Below are positions 62,401-64,000 of a DNA stretch of 64,000 bases, piece after piece (the stretch's first letter is position 1; every line of letters begins with the position of its first letter). The stretch lies in IMG/VR virus record IMGVR_UViG_3300025467_000014, positions 1-64,000 of that record, one strand, 5' to 3'. A model generated the notes under the pieces. The model was not told where the DNA came from. It saw only the letters and a list, made by a program, of their open reading frames with translations, and made no database searches. The stretch comes from an uncultured virus (IMG/VR IMGVR_UViG_3300025467_000014). Its lineage: Duplodnaviria > Heunggongvirae > Uroviricota > Caudoviricetes. The position numbers were made by a program, and so were the translations under genes.

Positions 62401-63904
62401 TGGAGCTCAAGTCTGTTATTCAGCCATTTTAGGTGGATGCAATAATACCTTAAATAGACCAGGCAACTTCTTAACAAATGTGTTTGTTATAGGTTCAAAT
62501 ATAAACCCAACTACATCGAATTACACATATGTTAATAATTTAAGCGTTGCTGGTCAGGCATATGCAAATGGCGTATTATTAGGAAGCGGTGGAGGTAGTA
62601 ACGTATCAGGATTAACTGGAAACTGGCAAAATACATATACTACAGTATCAGCTAATTCAGCTAATTGGACAAGCGCGTATACTCTTCTCAATACCACGAC
62701 AGCTACTACGTTTAATGTTAACGTCTTGAGTGCAAAGAGCGCTTTCTTAGGTACAACGTCAGTAATAGCAGCTTTAAATTCCGCTCCCTTAACAATAACA
62801 AGTGCAGCTAGTGGTTCGGTCTTTAATGCTATACAAAATACGTTTGCCGGTGTTAGTGCAAGTACAGACGTTTCTCTATACAATGACGATAGTATTAACT
62901 ACCTTGATTTAGGTATAGCGAGTACAAAGTATAATGGTAATCTTTACAGTCCAGTGTTTAATGTTGTAAGGGGCGGTGATTCATATGCATACGCTACAAG
63001 TGGTAACTTCGTATTAGGTGCAGCTAATGCAAATGGTAACTTAACGTTCTTCACTGGTGGTACTCTAAGCGGTGCTGCTGGTAATGAGAGAATGAGAATC
63101 ACTAATACCGGTTTTGTTGGTGTCAGTACATTATCTCCTAATCAAGCTCTAACTGTTGTTGGCAATATTAGTGCAACCGGTAATACAATCCATGCTGGGT
63201 CATGGAATAATAGTGTATATACAGGGGTCAGTGGTGATGGTGTTATTATTGATTACCTTCAAGGCTCTCCTGGTTTAGGTAGAATTAGTGTTGGTAATGG
63301 AACAGGAGCTGACTCATTAGCTTTTTATAATAACGGACCCGGTCAGTCAACACCGACAGCTACAATGTATCTGTCAACTAATGGATTTGTTGGTATCGGT
63401 ACAACAACACCTAATACTAATTTAACAGTTAATGGTAGTATAAGTGCTGCGCAGGTCTATGCTAATTTAAATGGAGGAAATGCAACAACAGTAGGCTTTG
63501 GAACAACAGCATTAAATGGATTTAATTTTAAAGGTGCTTTCGGATCATCGACAGGTGTTCTATTCACTGTACCTGCTGGTAAGATATTTTTCCCAGATTC
63601 AATAGTCTATATTATAGATACAAAGACTGGTGGAACAGGAATTGGTGACACGATGACAGTAATGCGTGTATATTGGGCTGATGGAACAACACAAGTTTCT
63701 AATCAATACGCACCTCCTGTTCTAACAGGACAAGTTAATGCAGGTGATTACTTTAGAGGTTCCTTAGTTATATCTGCCGCATCAAAGAGCTATGTACCAG
63801 GAGGAACAAGTGTAATAGCTAAGATTGATGCTGCTTATGTTAATGGCGGTACACCAACAACAACTCTATCTGGTAGAGTGTTTATTACAGGTACATTAAT
63901 TTAA
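59468..63904 (+). CDS. very long Cys-rich fibre-like protein with SANW repeats
   Basis: 1478 aa; duplicated AASGSVF...GNERMRI module, SANW block, Cys/Asn-rich repeats, VGIGTTTP. Confidence 0.8.
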   Translation: MAKLLGGTTVYGLLSTTGTVYASAAQIGSTTPIAALNISPLTITAAASGSVFNQIQNTVAGVSASTDVALYNDLLTNYVDIGINSSKYNGNIYFPAFNIIGPNDSYFFATTGNISVGNTGSTGDLIFHTGGSLSGTSGNSGNERMRIVNVNTATNGGFVGINTSTPNQQLTVAGTISASTAVYANGVLLGSGGGTIDTGVRAITGNWQNTYTTVSSFSANWNNSYSTLTANSAFWSNVYTTVCAYSANWSSAYTNLTANSATWQNTYTTVSSNSANWQNTYTTLSTNSGTWVTYSNLNTGSFVKYTDINTVSGTWNNAYTTLTANSAYWSNAYTTVCAYSAGWGSSGSTVDTGVRALTGNWQNTYTTVSANSAKWSSAYTLLNTSTATTFRVNNLSADGNICAPYFYGGYFSGDGSGLTNIQPQGPYYCNVVNHNICTLDNNFATGGYSAILGGCNNNTSAGCSTILGGTFNNVTSGYSTILGGNHNTILSGGYNTIVSGLSNVVSGPYSSIVSGLSNVVLGPYSSVINGICNAIYTSNNTNSTYNTIINGCQNNICVVGDSTAYISFAKMAGFKNTILLKNNTVNPVLPVRINDANIDGINNCVKQCGDSSFIDTVSIRGCSNFITLSACCASLYDSHIIGSAYSGTTNSAYYSNICDSNIIGSNGSGIHLLTPCSNIQDSNIIGSRSSNICQGLTNSGQYGSITGTSILGGFFNTVVTDGGGAVNFTAIITGQVNNITNSGYNSVVNASTVTGFGNNITISGQYANVSQVYATGAYNLLKTCCDRTNISYATINGCNNCINAINCCAAICYSTITNGNNNTITNSGYYNYNGNNYTFINNGCNNLICTQTYGCLDSVGIASGCLNNITASGYCQVSHLAHCGLIKNATIANGNNNRLFSCGCCVNATLSGAFVTGTNNAICNTASCYYASNIYDVTLLGGQSNCISSLGGGSGTGVSQVCYSSIFGGTNNCIITTAGAQVCYSAILGGCNNTLNRPGNFLTNVFVIGSNINPTTSNYTYVNNLSVAGQAYANGVLLGSGGGSNVSGLTGNWQNTYTTVSANSANWTSAYTLLNTTTATTFNVNVLSAKSAFLGTTSVIAALNSAPLTITSAASGSVFNAIQNTFAGVSASTDVSLYNDDSINYLDLGIASTKYNGNLYSPVFNVVRGGDSYAYATSGNFVLGAANANGNLTFFTGGTLSGAAGNERMRITNTGFVGVSTLSPNQALTVVGNISATGNTIHAGSWNNSVYTGVSGDGVIIDYLQGSPGLGRISVGNGTGADSLAFYNNGPGQSTPTATMYLSTNGFVGIGTTTPNTNLTVNGSISAAQVYANLNGGNATTVGFGTTALNGFNFKGAFGSSTGVLFTVPAGKIFFPDSIVYIIDTKTGGTGIGDTMTVMRVYWADGTTQVSNQYAPPVLTGQVNAGDYFRGSLVISAASKSYVPGGTSVIAKIDAAYVNGGTPTTTLSGRVFITGTLI
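60079..60610 (+). repeat. degenerate 42-bp (14-aa) SANW repeats
   Basis: (A/G)NW(Q/N)N(T/S/A)YTT(V/L)xxxS units; related blocks near 14870-15220, 35415-35670, 37420-37605 and 52320-52810. Confidence 0.75.
60956..61045 (+). repeat. 45-bp tandem duplication (IVSGLSNVVxGPYSS twice)
   Basis: Near-identical adjacent in-frame units. Confidence 0.8.
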
Positions 63905-63952
63905 AAATACATAATTAATAGTTAGTAAGCAGTTTGACATAAATATTAATAC

Positions 63953-64000
63953 ATGTCAAACCTTAGAATTTCTGAATTAGCTATATGTAATAATCCAGCA
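63953..64000 (+). CDS. start of another fibre-like gene (MSNLRISEL...), truncated by the window edge
   Basis: TAAATA upstream; N-terminus resembles 52124..53689. Confidence 0.65.
   Translation, partial: MSNLRISELAICNNPA

Noticed and set aside
34635..63904. Diversity-generating retroelement acting on fibre genes
   Set aside because: No reverse transcriptase in the window; repeat pairs are all coding and differ mostly at synonymous positions, not only at adenines
1..64000. Stop-codon reassignment
   Set aside because: Long genes are intact in the standard code, TAG and TGA end genes at sensible places, and no CTA/TCA/TTA suppressor tRNA is present

Overview
AT-rich, densely coding segment of a large T4-like (myovirus-type) bacteriophage read in the standard genetic code. 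Indirect clues (a TIGR02597-like secreted protein and the style of the bS21 protein) point to a Verrucomicrobia host; this is inference. Layout: (1) 1-16.4 kb, mostly minus strand: Cas4-like nuclease, a lysis cassette (endolysin, holin candidate, u-spanin-like lipoprotein) and virion/tail-fibre genes with LamG, lectin and beta-propeller domains. (2) 16.4-34.6 kb: early/accessory genes (RadA-like ATPase, HAD nucleotidase, DUF932, three HNH nucleases, HiPIP, M14 hydrolase, PQ-loop protein, nrdB-nrdA, dCMP deaminase) mixed with a tmRNA, 10 tRNAs and two unannotated structured non-coding units. (3) 34.6-45.4 kb: large fibre genes followed by a glycosyltransferase/sulfotransferase pair. (4) 45.5-52.1 kb: small accessory genes (Hc1-like, bS21, DUF1003, MoaD/CysO-like) and 7 more tRNAs. 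(5) 52.1-64 kb: more Cys/Gly-rich fibre genes. The most notable items are a ~515-nt structured non-coding unit with its own promoter and terminator (24121-24635), non-canonical tRNAs (Ser-ACT, long-arm Ile-TAT, short-arm Leu-TAA), a tmRNA with a duplicated 34-residue tag, and several late proteins with T4 capsid-targeting-like N-termini. All calls come from reading motifs by eye; no database searches or folding programs were run.
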